Part shown: positions 43,810-57,852 of the stretch, piece by piece
Layout of the letters: each line of letters opens with the position of its first letter
Numbering within the stretch: position 1 is the first letter of the stretch
DNA from: the human T2T-CHM13v2.0 reference genome, Homo sapiens
Reading direction: 5' to 3' (one strand)
Length of the DNA: 64,000 bases
Assembly: GCF_009914755.1 (NCBI RefSeq)
Contig: NC_060936.1
Position numbers and translations under genes: made by a program
Notes under the pieces: model-generated
The model's input: only the letters and a program-made list of their open reading frames with translations
Database searches by the model: none
Told to the model about the DNA's origin: nothing

Positions 43810-44339
43810 AGTCTCTTGATACTTATTTGACATTTAGATACTATTTTTTTTTACATATATATTTTAAATTTCATCAGTGTAGTTAACATCGTGTAATTCG
43901 TAAGTGTTTATTATTGGTGAGGTTGAACATTTTCCATCTATTTATTGCTCATTTATATTTTTTATTTGATGGATCATCTTTTCATATTCTTTTTTTAATT
44001 TTAGAGGTCTTATATATTAGGAAATTTGCATAGAGTTTCAATTCTGTATCATATTGAAGCTGTGAAAAAACTTTATCCTAACAAAAATTAATATTTAACC
44101 ATATGGAAATAATACATCTTAGAATGATTTTCTCCTGATTGAAGTATTCCAGTATTTGAAACAAGAAATTCTTAGACTCAAGTTTATTGCATGACAACGG
44201 GGCCATCCTTCTAAGATCTGATTCACACTCTGGTCTATGCATAGGTTTTGCCATTGGAGCAAGGTAATATATCATGTTTCAACAATAAGAGGAAGCAAGA
44301 GCAGAAGCATTAAAAAGCAAAGATCTAAGAAAAAATAGG

Positions 44340-45700
44340 TTCAGCTTTCCCTCCGGCTTAAGCTTTAGAAAGTAGTAAAGAACATCACTCCTGTTCTAGT
44401 AACAAGAGAAACCTGGGTCACCTACAGAATCACACATTTTCCTGTGCCCATGAGAGAGCTGAGATTTCAAGGCCACCAAATAAACAATTCCAGAGAAGGA
44501 CCAGACCTTCCAGAGAGAGGACACTCAGACTGTTTTACCCTTGCCAGAGTATGGGACAGGAGACGGTTGCCACACCGGCGAGTAAGAAGAAATTAGATAA
44601 AGTTTTCATGAATTGTTTCGGACCACATATGAGTCAGGCTGGAGTCTGGAGTAGCTGGGGGCCCCAGACACAAGGAGAGTTCAATGCATGTGGAAGGTCT
44701 TTTCCTGGACTTTGCTCAGGAGAAAGATTGGAGGTAGGGCAGGTCTTACCTAAGAGAGACTCCAGGGTGCCTTGGCTATGCAGATGGTGATCTGTGGCTT
44801 CCGAGGGAAGGACGCAAAACCCCATCTGCTTCCCAGATGTCTTTCTTCAACTAACCAAAGCGTTTTGTTGCTGGGGGAGAGGAAGCACGCCCTTTAGCCC
44901 ACAGGACAGTGGCAAAAACCTATTGCTTCTCCAGAAGCGGTAGGAGCTAAACCTTCATACCTTTCTAAGAGAGACAACAATCTCTTTAAATTCCCAAGAC
45001 ACGGGCTAAGATGCTTTGCTGCTGGTAGAGGCATAGAAACAAGAATTCTCCACCTCTGGGGAGGACAGGAAACCATGTGGGAGAAAGAGTCCACAGACAC
45101 AAGGCAGAGTTTGACTGTCAATGTAGGGTAATTTCAAAAACCCAAAACACTAACATCCTATGCCAGAATGAATCTCAGGTACTGAATTCCATTTCTGAAT
45201 CCTCACTCCCTGAGTAGGGCTGAGATAGAATCAAAACGACAGTGAAATATCCCTGTTCTTACAGCCAGCCAATGATAAAGTGACAGCATGTGTACAGATT
45301 TTTTTTAAATGACATATACATACAAAGGAATAATACTCAATAATAGCAAGAAACTAATTATAAATGTAGCAACACTCATGAATCTCAATATCATTATGCT
45401 GAAGGAAAACCAGACATAAAATAATCCTTATTCTCTGACTCCATTTATTTTAGTTTTCTGGAAATGGAAAACTAATTTATTGTGTCAAATAGGATATTAT
45501 GGTAGCCTAAGGGCCAGGGGCAGAAGGAAGGATGGACTGTAAAGGGATACAGTCCCTTTTGATGAAGAATCTTTTGGGGATGATGACATTGTTCTGTACC
45601 TTAATTGTGGGAGTGGTTTCCAGAATATATACCAACATCAAAGCTCATAGAATTTTATACTTTGAATGGATGCAGTCTGTGTGGTTTTTAACACATACAT
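44340..45700 (+). mobile_element. Ancient L1M fragments (5'UTR-like ~44340-45200; L1ME 3' end ~45300-45700)
   Basis: Resemblance only; 3' part has catgaatctcaatatcattatgctga..ccatttat..ggaaaactaatttat..catcaaagctcatagaatt. Confidence 0.4.
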
Positions 45701-45964
45701 CATACTTTATATGGGTTGACAAGGAAAAAAGTCAGCTTGATTCGGAATGGAAGATGCCTGTTCTAAAACTGGACCATGAATAGAATCAAATGCACATGCG
45801 TGTGGTTCTATTGATGCATAAAATCGGACTTGGGTGAGATCCCATCTCTGTCTCTTTCTCCACGTGTGATCGTGACTGCCACACTTCGGCGCCCTGTGTT
45901 TCCATGGTTTCACATTGGGAATCCATGTCACACCCAGTGCATGAAGTTGACATGAGGGGTCGAT

Positions 45965-46480
45965 CCGTCGTTTAGTCAATATTCACTAAGCTCATAATAT
46001 GTTTTATGCACAACACTGAGTCCTAGAGATATACAGGGGAAAGGCAGACAGTCCCTGCACACACGGACATTAAATTCCAGCAGCGAGACAAAGAAAATGA
46101 ACCAATAAATAATAAGAAAATGCCAGCCGGTTATATGTGCTGTGAAGAATTCAAAATATGCATGCTATGTTATGAACTATAACTGGGGTGCTACTTCGGA
46201 TTGGTGTTTAGGGAAGACCTCTCTGAGAATGAGTCTTAACCAGAGAGACCTGAATGGCAGAGAGAAACCAGCAATGCAAAGACCAGACATGGAGATTTCC
46301 AGGTGGGGGAGAACGTTCTTGAAAAAAATCTAAGGCAGAAAGGAAGGTGATGCTTTAATGGAGAGGCTGGGGCCTGCATCTGGTGGGTAGTGAGAGGGGG
46401 AAGGGGGAGAAGATTGGACATGGAATTTGGGTGGGGCTCCATCCCAGATGTGTACTAAGATCGTGGTATGCTCAATGGTA
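45965..46480 (-). mobile_element. L2 remnant
   Basis: ggcagacagtccctgc..tagggaagacctctctgag..gagacctgaatgg. Confidence 0.55.
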
Positions 46481-47056
46481 CAAGTAAAGTTTGTGTTTAT
46501 TCCTGTCCTGACAACTCCCTATGAAGAACCAGGCATCATAAGATTCTAATCCTTAGTGAGAAGGGAAAGCATTCACAGTCACAGTTCTCTTCCCACAGTG
46601 TCATCGAATTTCCCTGGCTAAATGCTCATCTTGCTGGTTAAAAGGATGCTTCCTTTTTATTAAATTGCTCTTCCCATGTTGAATGTCCAGACCAGATGTG
46701 ACACTGTCCTCAGCAGGAGTGTGGAGTCACTGGGGCCTGTAGGCAAAGATTTTGTGATGGCCAAAGGACTCAGCTGCCCACGGGAAATGCTGAACTGGTG
46801 GATGAGGATGGGAAACAGACATGGCCTTCCCGAGAAACTCCAGGCAGTACTGAAGACTATTCCTCAGATCATTGTTTATGGTATGAGATAATAGCTTGGT
46901 AACTAACTATGTGACTACTGTGATCAGGGAAGAGGGAGGTCCCTGTGGCTGCAGAAGCCTGGAGCTTGGGTCCAATCAACACTTAGGAAGGATCATTAAC
47001 ACTCAGGAGCAGAGGGACTCTTTGGCTGATGAATTTGGTCTTAGTAAGAAAATCTG

Positions 47057-47522
<466 letters not shown>

Positions 47523-47742
47523 TCACTAACACTAAGGAGGGGGTTACAATTCAGAGGCCCATGCGGTGTTCCTGGACAGGGGAGAAGCCCAGATTTTTCC
47601 AGAGGCCCTGGGAAGACTTCAGTGGTGGTGATACCACTGCATGCTTGTTTGAGCAGTGATATTAGTTTAAATCTCATCCACCACTCTGGATGCTCTTTTT
47701 CAGGGAATCCCACTCTCACCTCCAAACCATTTATTTTTCTGA

Positions 47743-48226
<484 letters not shown>

Positions 48227-49120
48227 TGACCACAGTGATTGTTTCAGTGACAGCCACGTGGCTAAACATAAATCAGTAAGAGCCAGCCACAGATTTGGCC
48301 TGGAACTGTTGGAAAAACAGCCTCTCTCTGAGTGTACAGGTGCTTGTGAGGTCTGAGCACCTAGTACCAATTTGCTACATTGTAAGCCTGGAGCAGCCCA
48401 ATTTGCTATGATACATGGAGAAGCCTACCTGTAAATATATAAGTCCAACCCAGAAACATATATGAGAAATGAAGCTATTTCTATGGACACAAATTGAGCA
48501 CCTAGATCAAGCTACATCTGAAGTCACTGTTCATTCATTCATTCTTCAGACAGCTGGTAGGCACTGCCCTATACCAGGTTCTCTGCTGGGAGCTGAGCCC
48601 TGCCTCCTTAGAGCTTGCCACCCAGAGGAAGAGGGTGCTCCCAGTGACTCTCTGAAAGATATAAAGCCTGGGAAGCCACTGACCTTTGGTCTGAGCAGTA
48701 GAAAAGACACTATCCCTCAAACTGGCATCATCCCAATTGTCCATAGTCTGCCTGTTAGTATTTTTTTATTGTTTTTCCAAATGGTCTTCCTTCCTTCCTT
48801 TTGCTTTTCCTTTCCTCTCTCTGTCCTTCTCCCTCTCTCCCCTTCTGTGTTCCCTCCTCTCTGTCTCTCTTTCTCCTTCCTTCTCTCTCTCAATCTGTCT
48901 TGCTTTTGCTCCTTTCAAAAATGGTAAAAGAAGTGAGAAGATGTTAAATTCTTAATGTGTTAAGCACAGGCATGGCTATTGTCATAAAATATGACTTCTT
49001 CCTGCCCCTCCACAAATAATAAAAAGCATAAAATTATACATTCATAAGATTTTTCAAGAAATGAGGTGATTTCTGGTAAACCTGAGCAGCAGAGACAGGA
49101 TACAGACTGAGCTTTATTAC

Positions 49121-51300
49121 TCAGTGGCCCACCTCTGCTTGCTCAGACTCTGACCTTAGAGCCCGATCTCCCAAGGGATCCCCGAGGTGGTCCTGACACC
49201 TGCCCAGGGCTGAGTTTGGGGCAGCAGGGCCACAAGAGTGAGTCGATAAAAGCTGATATGTAGAGTCTTCTTCAGGTAATTAGTGACTGTCATGCACATC
49301 ACCTTTTCTTAAGTTACTAAGCTTTTTCTCAGTGGACATCACTGACAGCCAATGTTTGCAAGTTTCTTCCCCATAGGAGAAAATCTGGCATTGAAGAAAA
49401 AAAAAAAGTGGTACATTCAAGCACTTTGGCCAGCTTTGGGTCATCTCGAGGTAATTAGGGGGCATGGCTGACATTTTCATGTACTTCAGAAAATGTCTTC
49501 TCATTCTATAAGTGGTAAATTTCTTCCTCAAGTAATTTGCTTTGGCGTTTTGTTATATGTTCCCAATATATTTCAGATGGTATTTTGAATTTCTGCTGAA
49601 GCTTTTGAATTTCACTTTCTGATTGTACATTTTCTGACTGCAAAGATGCTTGCTCAATTTGGAAATTTTAATTTGAACTCAGATCACTTCAATTATTTGC
49701 TTTTCCTTCAGATGTCTTGTTGTCTATATCCTGTCTTTCTTCTTCCTGGGGTATTTAAAGAAGCAGTGAACTTAGCAGCAGAGTCTGGTTTCTGCAAAAA
49801 TGACTTGTGCCTGACTGTTCAGGTCGTTTCTACTTTTGGATTCACTTGGTATGCAATTCCCAGTCACTGCCATCCACATTCCCCTCTGGGAGGACAGCTC
49901 TCTTCTGCAGGTGTCCATCAGAGAAGTGAATGAACTCACTTTTATTATTTAGGACTTGGGCCATGTCTTTGTTCAAGACTCAAAGATAGGATTTTTTGAA
50001 AATTCATTCATGTTCCCCATTCTTTCATTTTTCAGCTTCTAGTGAAAACAGTTTTAGACTTTTCCTGAACTGCAGCATTTTCATTCAAACTATCCATTGG
50101 CTTCATTAGGTTGTTCTTCATTCTTCAAGAATGGATATGAGGTTTTTGGGCTTAAACACTTGTATTTGAGAGCTTTTAATTTGTCTTCTAGTGACCATTT
50201 CCATCTTTAAATATAAACCGAAACCATGCCTAAAATGAAAGCTAAGGGCCCTCTTTCTACGTCTTCTTTGAGAAGGTCTATTTCATCTTCAAGTGGGAGA
50301 TGAACCTGGTCAGATTTTTAATACTTGTTGCTAAATATAGGGTAAATATGAGTCCAAACCATGCTCCAAATGAAAGCTAGGGACTTTCTCTTTAGTTATT
50401 CTTGCAGATGGTCTATTTTATCCCCAAGTAAAGATGTGGAACTCGTCAGATTGTGATTCTTAAGTTTACAATGTGTTGAAAGAGCTGGCTTCCATTGAAG
50501 GTGACTTTCATGGTCTCTGTGGGCTTTGGCAATCAGGCTAAGTTTGTCATGGGTTTACAGTTCTTTTACTCAATCAGAAAACCTTTGACTATCTCTTTTC
50601 CCATCCTTGAATTCAGTAGGCATTGTGCTATAAAAGCGATTGCTTACCACCATTCTCTTTTTTTTTTAAATTATACTTTAAGTTCTACGGTACATGTGCA
50701 CAACATGCAGGTTAGTTACATATGTATACATGTGCCATGTTGGTGTGCTGCACCCATTAATTCGTCATTTACATTAGGTGTATCTCCTAATGCTATCCCT
50801 CCTCCCTCCCCCCACCCCATGACAGGCCCCGGTGTGTGATGTTCCGCTTCCTGTGTCTAAGTGTTCTCATTGTTCAATTCCCACCTATGAGTGAGAACAT
50901 GCAGTGTTTGGTTTTTTGTCCCTGCGATAGTTTGCTGAGAATGATGGTTTCCAGCTTCATCCATGTCCCTACCAAGGACATGAACTCATCCTTTTTTATC
51001 ACTGCATAGTATTCCATGGTGTATATGTGCCACATTTTCTTAATCCAGTCTATCATTGATGGACATTTGGGTTGGTTCCAAGTCTTTGCTATTGTGAATA
51101 GTGCTGCAATAAACATATGTGTGCATGTGTCTTTATAGCAGCGTGATTTATAATACTTTGGGTATATACCACCATTCTCAAGGAAACCCAGAATAACCTA
51201 AACCTTGGCTGTGGTCTTCAGAAAACACTGCCCAAACCTGCCCAGTGTCTCCAGAATGAGTTGGAAGTGATGAGTTATCACGGTCAGCACTGAAAGATGC
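49121..51300 (-). pseudogene. Processed pseudogene of the MIA2/cTAGE5 (CTAGE) family, split by an L1PA
   Basis: Colinear minus-strand translations vs cTAGE5: LILETLGR..AVFSEDHSQGLGYSGFP* ~ LLLEELRRVVAALPEGMRPDSNLYGFPW; LEDEI; SLEDKLKALK ~ SLEDESKSLK; DSLNEN ~ [32 protein letters not shown] ~ [54 protein letters not shown] ~ [39 protein letters not shown] ~ FELL..PNTAFGR. No introns, many stops and frameshifts. Confidence 0.9.
50658..51166 (-). mobile_element. L1PA 3' end fragment inserted in the CTAGE pseudogene
   Basis: L1PA 3'UTR plus ORF2 C-terminus (ORF 50874..51116); TSD taccaccattctc at 50645-50657 and 51167-51179. Confidence 0.93.
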
Positions 51301-51899
51301 TGCAGAATGGCCTGTGGTTGCCAGTACCTTGCAGGACCTCAGTAGGCCACACGGAACCCAATGGAGAGTTCCACTTAGAACCAAACAAGCACCTGGAAAC
51401 CAGCAATGACCATCAGAGGGGACAGGGAAGGGGAGGACTGATTGAATAAAGACGTGCTTCTCAACCTTCTATGGTCAAGATGAACATATAGATAATGATA
51501 ACATTTGTATAATGCATGGGAGGAAATGGATGAGGACACTTGAAGTCAGAGGTGACCAGTCTAGGAGCTCTGGCTGCCCCAGGGCCCAACCTGGAAAATG
51601 AAGAAAATTAAAGTTAATCCATGCCTGTTTCCCATTCTCTACACTTGAGTGTGCCAGGTGCCAGGCGAGATGCTCTGCTTGTAGAGGGCAAAGGTGCCCA
51701 CTGTTTCTTCTCCTCTTCAGTTAGATTCTTCCTCCTGTAGCTGTGAAGCTTAACACTGCCTCCAAAGGTCACATAAATATTCCTCCCTGAGGCTACCCCT
51801 CTAGTTTTATTTGGGGAGAAGGGTGTCTGGCCATAAGTGAAGGGTCTTTTACCGAAGGTATTTATTTGTCTTTGTTTTTGATGATAACTGTTCTCCTAT

Positions 51900-52400
51900 G
51901 ACACAGCTTCTTTGAAGTATAATTTACATAGAATTCTTCAGGGTAGAGTTCTGAAATGTTTTAGTCATGCCCGCACCCATGCAACCCACATCCTCATCAA
52001 GATAAATAACATTTCCATCATTCCAGAAAAACTCCTTGTGCAAATTTTCAGTCAATGCAATCCCCAGAGGCAAACATGGTTGTGATATCTGTCTATCACC
52101 ATGGTTGTTTTGTCTACTCTTGCATTTTAATTATATGGAATTACATGTTTGGTGCTCTGTGTTTGACTTCTTTTACTCCTCACCATTTTTTGAGTTTCAC
52201 CCAGGTTTTTGCATAAATATTAGGTTAGAGCAAAAGTAATTACTTTTATTTTTAGAATAAAATAAACAGGCTATTCCTTTTTTATTGCTGAGCAATATTC
52301 TATTGCATGGATAAAATACTTTTTTAAATTCATACACGATATGCATTTAGATTATTTCCATTTCTTGGATACCATAAAAAATCTTTAATGACATTTTTGT
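51900..52400 (-). mobile_element. Ancient L1M (ME/MC) 3' fragment
   Basis: tttgaagtataatttacata..aacatttccatcattccagaaaa..tattcctttttttattgctgag. Confidence 0.6.
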
Positions 52401-52480
52401 ACAGTTGTGAAGAAATATATTATTTTTTTGTCCACAACAAAAATGTTTTTATATTATTATACATCAATTTATAGGGGGAC

Positions 52481-53122
52481 TGTGACAGTTTTGATTTTAT
52501 ATGTCAGCTTGACTAGGCCATGAGGTGTCCAGACATTTGGCCAAACATTATTCTGTGTGTGTGTGTGCACATGTGTGCGTACGCGTGTGTGTATGAAGGT
52601 ATTTCTGGATGAGATTAACATTTGAATTGTTAGACTGAGTAAAGATGATTGGCATGTGTGTATGTGAAGGTATTTCTTGATGAGATTAACATTTGAATTG
52701 GTAGACCAAGTAAAGATGATTTTCTTCCCTAATGTGCGTAGGCCTCATCCAATCAGCTGGAGACTTGACTAAAACAAAAAGGGCTAAGTAAGAGGGGAAT
52801 TGCTCCTGCCTGACTGCTTGAGCTGGGATGCTGGTCTTTATTCAGCCTTTAGACTCAGACCAAAACATTAACTCTTCTTTTGTATTGAGGCTGCCAACTT
52901 TTGGACTGGAACTTACACCGTCAGTTCTCCTGGTTTTCAGGCCTTGAGACCAGACTGGAACTACACATTGGCTCTTCTGGGCTTCCAGCTTTCTGACTGC
53001 AGATCTCAGGACTCTTCAGGCTCCCTAACAGCATAAGCACATTCCTTATCATCAGTGCCTTTCTCTCCCTCCATATACACGTCCTGTTGGTTCTGTTTCT
53101 CTGGAGAACCCTGACTAATACA
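52481..53122 (+). mobile_element. MLT2 (ERVL) solo LTR with internal ~71-bp duplication
   Basis: tgtcagcttgactagg..ccaaacattattctg..ctggagaaccctgactaataca; gaaggtatttc block at 52595 and 52666. Confidence 0.85.
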
Positions 53123-54784
53123 GAGGTAATTATCCATATGTCAATAAAAGCCATGACATTTTGGATACATCTCTATTTATGTCTACATCAATATGCCTAT
53201 ATCTATATCAGTACGGATATGTATGCATACATATTGTAGCTATAAATATGCATATAGTTATCTCTATATTTCTAGATCTGTCTCTTTCTGTGTGTTTTTC
53301 TCTCTATCGAAAGAAAACACTGAGAATCAAACTATAAAGTCCCTTCTGAGAAAACAGTGCTAGGAATGCAAATTGGAGGACATTCTATAAATTCCAGGGC
53401 TATTATAGGAGTTATCAGATAAAGGATTTTTTTTTTTTTAACTTCAGGTACTGGAAGGAATAGAGATAATGAGAGCCTGGAACTAGAGTCTGGTGGTTAT
53501 ACCAGAAGAGGAAGCCAACACTGCAGATGGCAGAGTTAAGAGGAGAGAAACGGAATTGTGATGACTTCCTTGAGTCCATAAATCCACACAAAGTCAGTTA
53601 TTCCCTTGCACATTTTATTTACACTGATTACACTGAGCCACTTTTTGCTAAAGCCAGTTTGAGTGGGGTTTCCTAATACCTGCAAACAGCAGAACGACCA
53701 TTGGCATGGAGATTCTGGAAGAAGCCACCATCCAGTCCTAATATGCAGGTAAAGGCATAAAGAGTGGGCAGATCATGGGGCAGGTGAGCCCACATCACCG
53801 GGAAGTCTTTGTGGGATCAACATGCTGTATAGCAACACTGATGGGAAGCCCAAGCATGGGCAGCTCTGATACCGAGCTGGGGCCAGGGAAGGGTGGCCAG
53901 AATTCACCCAGAAAAAGCAGTCCAATGGTGAGGCTGGGCCTGGCCATTGGGTCTGTTCAACACAGAGGACAACCAAACAGAAAGACAGGCATAGACAGCT
54001 GAACACTACTGCAGTGAAACCACCGAGCATGAAGAGGACACATCACAGAGGAAACTCTCCTCTTCCAGGACTACCTTGAACCTTGGATCCTTTTCTACCT
54101 CCCAGGCCACTGAGTTCCTGGACATTTATCCTTATGAAACCCTACCAATGAATTCAACATCAGTCAGTGAGGGGATTTAAGAACAGTCTGCCCACTCTGT
54201 TACTCATATGAATACATATGAATAAATAACTCGGAATGAGTAAATATCAAATAAAATCATGGACCTATTTACTCCTTCAAGGATGAGTCAACAGAACACA
54301 CACACTTGCAGGCACACATGCACACACATGTTTACACAGCATGTAGCTTATAAAAATAAGTTTAATAAAATTGGAAGAATGAAGCCTTGAGATACAGACG
54401 GAAGAGGCTCCTTTTAATAAAGATTTACTAAAGGGAGATAGACATAAATATCAGACGGCATCTGCTCTGGGTTCACAAATAAGGCTGGTCCTCGTGGGCA
54501 GAAGTGAGAGTTATAATTCTTTCCACTGAAGCAGCTATCTAGATTAGTTGTAAATATTGCCTTTGGCCATCATCTATCTTGAGAAACTAAAGGAATTAAG
54601 TACAGGAACCTGGAGAGAGTGAGAAAGAGAAACAGCAAGCTGAGTGGTCATCCTCCATGTCTGTGATTCCCCATGTTTTAATAAAAGTGGACAGTGAAGA
54701 TGGATGTGTCACTCACCAGGACAGGCCTACAAGGCTCCCCACCCCTCAGGTGACCCTGCTCTCAACAGCAAATACATTACCTAA

Positions 54785-55156
54785 TGTATCAGTCCTTTTT
54801 CACACTGCTGATTCACACTGCTGATAAAGACATACCCGATACTGGGCAATTTACAAAAGCAAGAAACTTAATGGACTCATAGTTCCACGTGGCTGGGGAG
54901 GCCTCACAATCATGGCAGAAGGTGAAAGACACGTCTCACATGGTGGCAGACAAGAGAAGAGAATATGTGCAGGGAAACCCCCCTTTATAAAACCATCAGA
55001 TCATGTGAGACTTATTCACTGTCATGAGACTAGCAAGGGAAAGACCCGCCCCCATGATTCAATTATCTCCCACCGGGTCCATCCCATGACACGTGGGAAT
55101 TATGGGAGCTACAATTCAAGATGAGATTTGGGTGGGGACACAGCCAAACCATATCA
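54785..55156 (-). mobile_element. THE1 solo LTR
   Basis: tgtatcagtcc...cagccaaaccatatca; near-TSD cctaa/cctta. Confidence 0.9.
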
Positions 55157-55707
55157 CCTTATGGTCCCTTACACACTCTGTCAGCTGATTTTCTAAATGC
55201 AGCAATGATTGTGCCATGGAGCAAAAGAAGTAACAAAGCCCTTGGATGCAACCAGTTTCTCACAGATGAGGAGAGTTGAGGTTGCCCCATAAGGAAGGAA
55301 CATGAATCTGGAGATGCCCTACATTGTTCTTATGATGGAGGTTTAGGAATTTCATCAGTAAATAACTCAATGCGCAGGTCTGAGGGCAGGCATGCAGATT
55401 TTTTCCTTCCTCATAATGGTGTCTATTATTCTAGAGAAGCAAAAAAAAAAAAAAAAAATTTGGAGGGGTCCTAAGGACAAAGTAGTTTCCCTATCTTAAC
55501 ATAATACCCTGCCATGTCATGTTGGCAGTACAGACAGATGTATTTATTAATGGCCCCATAAATATTTAGAATGGCAAAGCAGGCACCAAAGGGGAGCCCT
55601 AACCAAAAGTTGTGTGGCTGCTGCACTCACTCTTAGAGTTTTTCTAGTGAGATGATTTATTTTATCATCAAAGAGACAAATTTTTAAATAAGTCATAAAT
55701 TAAGACT

Positions 55708-55999
55708 GGGTCAGGTGCAGTGGCTCTCACCTGTAATCTCAGCACTTTGGGAGGCTAAGGTGGGAGGAACGCTTGAGCCCAGGAATTTGAGAGCAGCTTG
55801 GGCAACATGGTGAGACACCATGTCTACAAAAAATCCAAAAATTAGCCGGGCAGGTTAGCACACTCCTGTGGTCCCAGCTACTTGGGAGGCTGAGGTGAGA
55901 GGATTGCTTGAACTCAGGAGGTCAAGGCTACAGTGAACCGTGGTTGTACTACTGCACTCCAGCCAGGGTGACAGAGCAAGGCCCTGTCTCAAAAAAAAT
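55708..55999 (+). mobile_element. AluJ
   Basis: gcttgagcccaggaa, ggtcaaggctacagtga; TSD taagact. Confidence 0.9.
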
Positions 56000-57539
56000 A
56001 TTAAATTTTAAAAAGTAAGACTATATTTTATATAAATGTATACTTTGTATTGAAAAAATATATATATTATATGTGACTATACATATTTTATAAAAATAAT
56101 GTAAAAATAGCATTATATATCATGTTTTTATATATACTATTATTTTTACATTATTCTATATATATTGCCTATATATTTTAGAAAAGTAATGTAAGAAGTA
56201 ACATTATATATAAAACATGCACTTATGTGTTATACATGTAATATATGGTAGGAGAAATCATGCATTCCAGGGGTGAGTTTCTGACACCCAGTTGGTTTTC
56301 TACTGTTCTTCTTGCTGAGTGCACCTCCACCTGCTTAATTATTATCTCCTTTTCTGCTCTCTGCAGCCACTGGTGCAGAACTCCCCAGCAATTAGTAACC
56401 TGCCTGTCACATTTTTCTATCTGTAGAAATGCAACCTCATCTGACTGCTTTGAGGTCCAATTTTAATTTAGATGCAAGCTATTCCCAGAGTACCAATAGT
56501 CTAAAAGGAACCTCAGGCTGACTGTAATTACAGAGGGCCGGAGTTTTCCCTGTGATGAGAATGTCGTTGTTGCTCCTGCGGACATCACTCAGGAGCCTCA
56601 TGGACTCCAGCATTTTTATCTCCTCCTCCCTGTCTTCTAGACCCTAGGACACCTGTTTATCACCTGTGATTCGTCAGTCTCTTTGGTTGTTTGCTTATTT
56701 AAATGTCTGGAAGCAACGTAGTCCAAACAAAGGCAATGCATTTATAAGCATACTTAAATAAATATATATGTATATGTGTTTGTGCTGTATGTGTTTATAT
56801 ATATGCATATAGCTTTGACAGACAAAATATATTAACTTTGTCCACATACACACACACACACAGATAGGTTTAACTCTAAAGACAGTCTACTACTTTGTAA
56901 GCTGCAAGATCTCTAGGACTTGCTCTGTTCTCCTACAAAACCCTAGGCAGGCAGCATTGGACTTAGCATTAAGACTGCCAGGAAACAGTTGTTAAATTTA
57001 ATTGGAAAGGAAGTAACAGGGGCTTGGTCAAACAGAAATTAACATTGTGTGTGTGATTGTGTGTATGTGATTGTGTGTGTGTGTGTGTGTGAAGTTTTTA
57101 CCAGTTTTTATCTGGTATTTGAATAATAAGTCAGCTGTCTCGAAACAGATTTTTTAATGCTTCTCACCTGAATTAATGTCCCTTTTGGTGTGGTGAGCAG
57201 GCAACTATTGTGGGAAGGGGTAGTGGTTTGGGGCAATGGGAGTTGGGGGAGGAGCTTCAGTGGCTCTCAAAAGCTGCTTCTGCCTGTACTCACTGGTTTC
57301 TAGGGAGAACCCTTTCCCATTTAAAGTTCAATGGTATTATTTTATGTCCGATGGATTTAATGGTTGTAATTGATCAGAAATAATGTCAAGGAACCTGAAA
57401 ATAAACACACCATAAGCCAAGCTGAATTAAGGCCAGAACTTAGTATATTGATTTAGGAAAGCAATTTTCAAACTCAAATGTACGTAAAAATTACCTCAAG
57501 GACTTATAAAAAATGTGGACTCTTTTAAAAATATATATT

Positions 57540-57829
57540 ATTATTTTTGACACAGGTTCTTGCTGTGTTGTCCAAGCTGGAGTGCAGTAGTGATCGTAGC
57601 TCACTACAGCCTCAAACTTCTGGGCTCAAGCAATCTTCCCATCTCAGCCTCCTGAGTAGCTGGGAAAGCCTACGCCACCATACTTGGCTGACTTTTTAAT
57701 TTTCTGTAGAGATAGCAGGGTCTCGCTATGTTGCCCAGGCTGGTTTCAAATTCCTGGCCTCAAGCTATCCTTCCACCTTGGCCTCCCAAAGTGCCGGGGT
57801 TACAGGTATGAGCCACTGTGTGCCCAGCC
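57540..57829 (-). mobile_element. AluJ
   Basis: J diagnostics; flanked by aaaaaatgtgga(c/t)tctt duplication. Confidence 0.88.
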
Positions 57830-57852
57830 AAAAAATGTGGATTCTTGACACC

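Noticed and set aside
48469-48955. 152-aa ORF with hydrophobic tail
   Set aside because: Built from an L2-like remnant and a CT-rich low-complexity tract; no homology recognised
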